Positions 62,252 through 64,000 of a DNA stretch of 64,000 bases are shown here, piece after piece. The notes under the pieces were generated by a model, which had not been told where the DNA came from, ran no database searches, and saw only the letters and a program-made list of their open reading frames with translations. Positions within the stretch are counted from its first letter, which is position 1. Each line of letters opens with the position of its first letter. The stretch comes from an uncultured Candidatus Saccharibacteria bacterium (GTDB lineage: Bacteria > Patescibacteriota > CPR2 > UBA1875 > CAIMLA01): positions 1,283 to 65,282 of the forward strand of contig CAZEFH010000003.1 in assembly GCA_964511435.1 (NCBI GenBank). Direction: 5' to 3'. Position numbers and translations under genes: made by a program.

Positions 62252-64000
62252 ATGGAGGGAACGCTGAAGAAACGTTCAAACAAACTCGAAAAGATTACTG
62301 CCCTCCTGAAGCGAATAACGAGCATTATTTCGCGTTTTTTCGGTTTGGCTCTATTCAAATCACTGACATTTGTGGTTAATAAACTCCGTCTTATTAGATT
62401 AGAATTAGGCTACAAGCTGCATCTCAGTGCTAGGACTATCCACGATACACTAGTGATCAAAAGCCCAGTCTATAAGAAAATCACTGAGAACCAGTATGCG
62501 GTACCAGTGAAAAGAGCAACTGTATCGGCCTTTGTACTTTCATTGGTTGTTTTTGTGGGGTTACAGTATCTAACACCATTCTTGAACCCATTCCGACCCG
62601 GTAAGGTGATGGCGAATGCAAATTCCAAAACTTGGGATTTGAGCAATGACTTTAATACAAATGGCGGATTATCCTCCGCAACAACAAAATCCCAGATTGA
62701 TACATCTGGAGACAGAGTGTCATTACAATCCAGCTGGATTACGGGGGTTGGATCCTTCCCCGCGACTAAGAGTGTATATAATACGACATTAAGTGCTGCT
62801 TGGGGACCACAACCAGGAGCGTGTAATAGCCCACAGTGCGCGAGTGGTCTTGATACGGCCTTACCATCTAAATATTCCTTGGTTGCAAGTAATACGGTAG
62901 ATTTTTCTGTTTATCCGGCAAGAAATGCATGTAAGGCCATTGGAGGCAGACTCCCCACGACGGCTGAATTACAAGCGATAATGAATTCAAGATCATCTTA
63001 TGGTATCCCAGATCCCGCAGTCGGAACTTACGCAAATTATTGGACTTCTACAGCTCTTACTAATGCATCTAACGAGCAATCGGCTTACATCGGACAACTC
63101 TGGTGGTACAATAATGTTCTAACTTATACTCCTCAGAGTATTTATGGCAAAAGTACAGCAAATTTAGTCCGGTGCGTACGCGATGTTCCGGGCGACACCG
63201 GCGCGCCATATTCTGTAATTGGTACTCTCGGAGGCACAGCGGCAAGCTCTATCGGACTTCGAGTTGATAATCAGGGAATAACTAAATTTACTTCAGTTGA
63301 GCCATCCTTTGACACTTTAACCACTAGCCAGGCAGTAAAATTTCGTTTGCGCGTAGTAGTGGCTGACACAAATGGTAATGGCCCCCAGGATGAGTTTGAT
63401 ACGGCAACTTGGTATGGACCATCGGGTGCAGTCAGTGACGTCAACAGCTGGACCAGTAACTATTTTGGTAGTAGTAATATTTCTGGTAATACTAATCCAG
63501 CCAATAACAATGTTCCTGCTATTGTTCCACAAGCGAGATATGCAGAGCTTATGCTTCGCCTAGAATCGCCGACTACGAACACTACACCAAACCTTAACAG
63601 TGTCAGGCTGAATTGGAATGAGGCGCCGGCTCCCTCAACACTGATATCAAAGCACTTAGACGGTACTACTGTTTCGAATAATTTTATTAATGAGACAACG
63701 GCAAAATTAGTATTTAATGGGACTCCAACTGCGAGTGGAAATGTAACGCCAGAAGTTGAAATCCAGTCGGTGATATACGGAGATGAAACGCCTAGCTTTA
63801 CCGGGAATGCAACCACTCTTAACGTTACAGCACCGACAGTAAGCGGAACAATTAATACAGAAATAACCAACCTAACAGCAACAGTCACTGGTCTTTCGCC
63901 CGAATATACTTACTATTGGAAAGCGCGCTATACAGATAGTTCTGGTATTCAAAGTGCATGGAGTACTCAAACTGGTATCTTATCAATCGAACAAACTGCT
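62252..64000 (+). CDS. Second giant surface protein, a paralogue of the first (5' portion only; continues past the window end), containing a DUF1566/Lcl-C-terminal-like domain
   Basis: ATG 62252 is followed by an open frame to the window end (583 codons). The N-terminal leader aligns with the first giant protein (…KLRLIRLELGYKLHLSARTIHDTLVIKSPVYKK…VSAFVLSLVVFVGLQYLTPFLNPF…). …CKAIGGRLPTTAELQAIMNS…YWTST… resembles DUF1566. The same promoter-like 20-mer gcataaaatatatgtataa sits upstream of both genes. Confidence 0.6.
   Translation, partial: MEGTLKKRSNKLEKITALLKRITSIISRFFGLALFKSLTFVVNKLRLIRLELGYKLHLSARTIHDTLVIKSPVYKKITENQYAVPVKRATVSAFVLSLVVFVGLQYLTPFLNPFRPGKVMANANSKTWDLSNDFNTNGGLSSATTKSQIDTSGDRVSLQSSWITGVGSFPATKSVYNTTLSAAWGPQPGACNSPQCASGLDTALPSKYSLVASNTVDFSVYPARNACKAIGGRLPTTAELQAIMNSRSSYGIPDPAVGTYANYWTSTALTNASNEQSAYIGQLWWYNNVLTYTPQSIYGKSTANLVRCVRDVPGDTGAPYSVIGTLGGTAASSIGLRVDNQGITKFTSVEPSFDTLTTSQAVKFRLRVVVADTNGNGPQDEFDTATWYGPSGAVSDVNSWTSNYFGSSNISGNTNPANNNVPAIVPQARYAELMLRLESPTTNTTPNLNSVRLNWNEAPAPSTLISKHLDGTTVSNNFINETTAKLVFNGTPTASGNVTPEVEIQSVIYGDETPSFTGNATTLNVTAPTVSGTINTEITNLTATVTGLSPEYTYYWKARYTDSSGIQSAWSTQTGILSIEQTA

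Noticed and set aside
1-64000. CRISPR arrays, rRNA genes, transposases, integrases
   Set aside because: Scanned for regularly spaced direct repeats, rRNA signature blocks and DDE/tyrosine-recombinase-like ORFs. None found. The only repeat families are the tmRNA-end/terminator triplet and the promoter 20-mer upstream of the giant genes.

Overview
This 64-kb window is an AT-rich (roughly 35-42% GC) stretch of bacterial chromosome with strong strand bias: nearly all long genes are on the + strand. It appears to use the standard genetic code. Recognisable core genes, from sequence motifs read directly, are ssrA (tmRNA), smpB, argS, dinB, typA/bipA, pyrG, tsaC/yrdC-family, mscL, rmuC, pheS and pheT. 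An L,D-transpeptidase gene is followed by two tandem genes for giant FN3-rich surface proteins, the second running off the window. Giant FN3 surface proteins, many small membrane proteins and sparse biosynthesis suggest a small-genome, possibly episymbiotic (CPR/Patescibacteria-like) organism. This is a low-confidence inference.

Features not explained by housekeeping content:
1. A tightly packed nine-gene cluster at 1.2-9.7 kb lies immediately downstream of the tmRNA gene, in a compositionally distinct block. It encodes a NodU/CmcH-type carbamoyltransferase, an NDK-like protein, a membrane GT-like protein, a B12-binding radical SAM, a SPASM radical SAM, a deoxynucleoside-kinase-like P-loop protein, a SAM methyltransferase, a NUDIX hydrolase and a GDSL hydrolase. 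It looks like a nucleoside/nucleotide tailoring pathway, either a natural-product or a nucleotide-based defence system.
2. Three copies of a 'tmRNA 3'-end + terminator' sequence, at about 243, 1088 and 9741, are consistent with island integration at ssrA.
3. About eight short GC-rich islets (55-65% GC) are scattered through the AT-rich backbone. They carry small unknown genes, a stand-alone HNH nuclease and strong GC-rich hairpins.
4. Two back-to-back GC-rich non-coding units of about 530 nt each at 21.8-23.0 kb have their own consensus sigma70 promoters. They are candidates for a large structured RNA.

Other notable items are an ELP3-like radical-SAM/GNAT protein, an argS with a degenerate HIGH motif, and a possible pyrG leader attenuator. 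No CRISPR array, rRNA, intact tRNA, transposase or integrase was seen.
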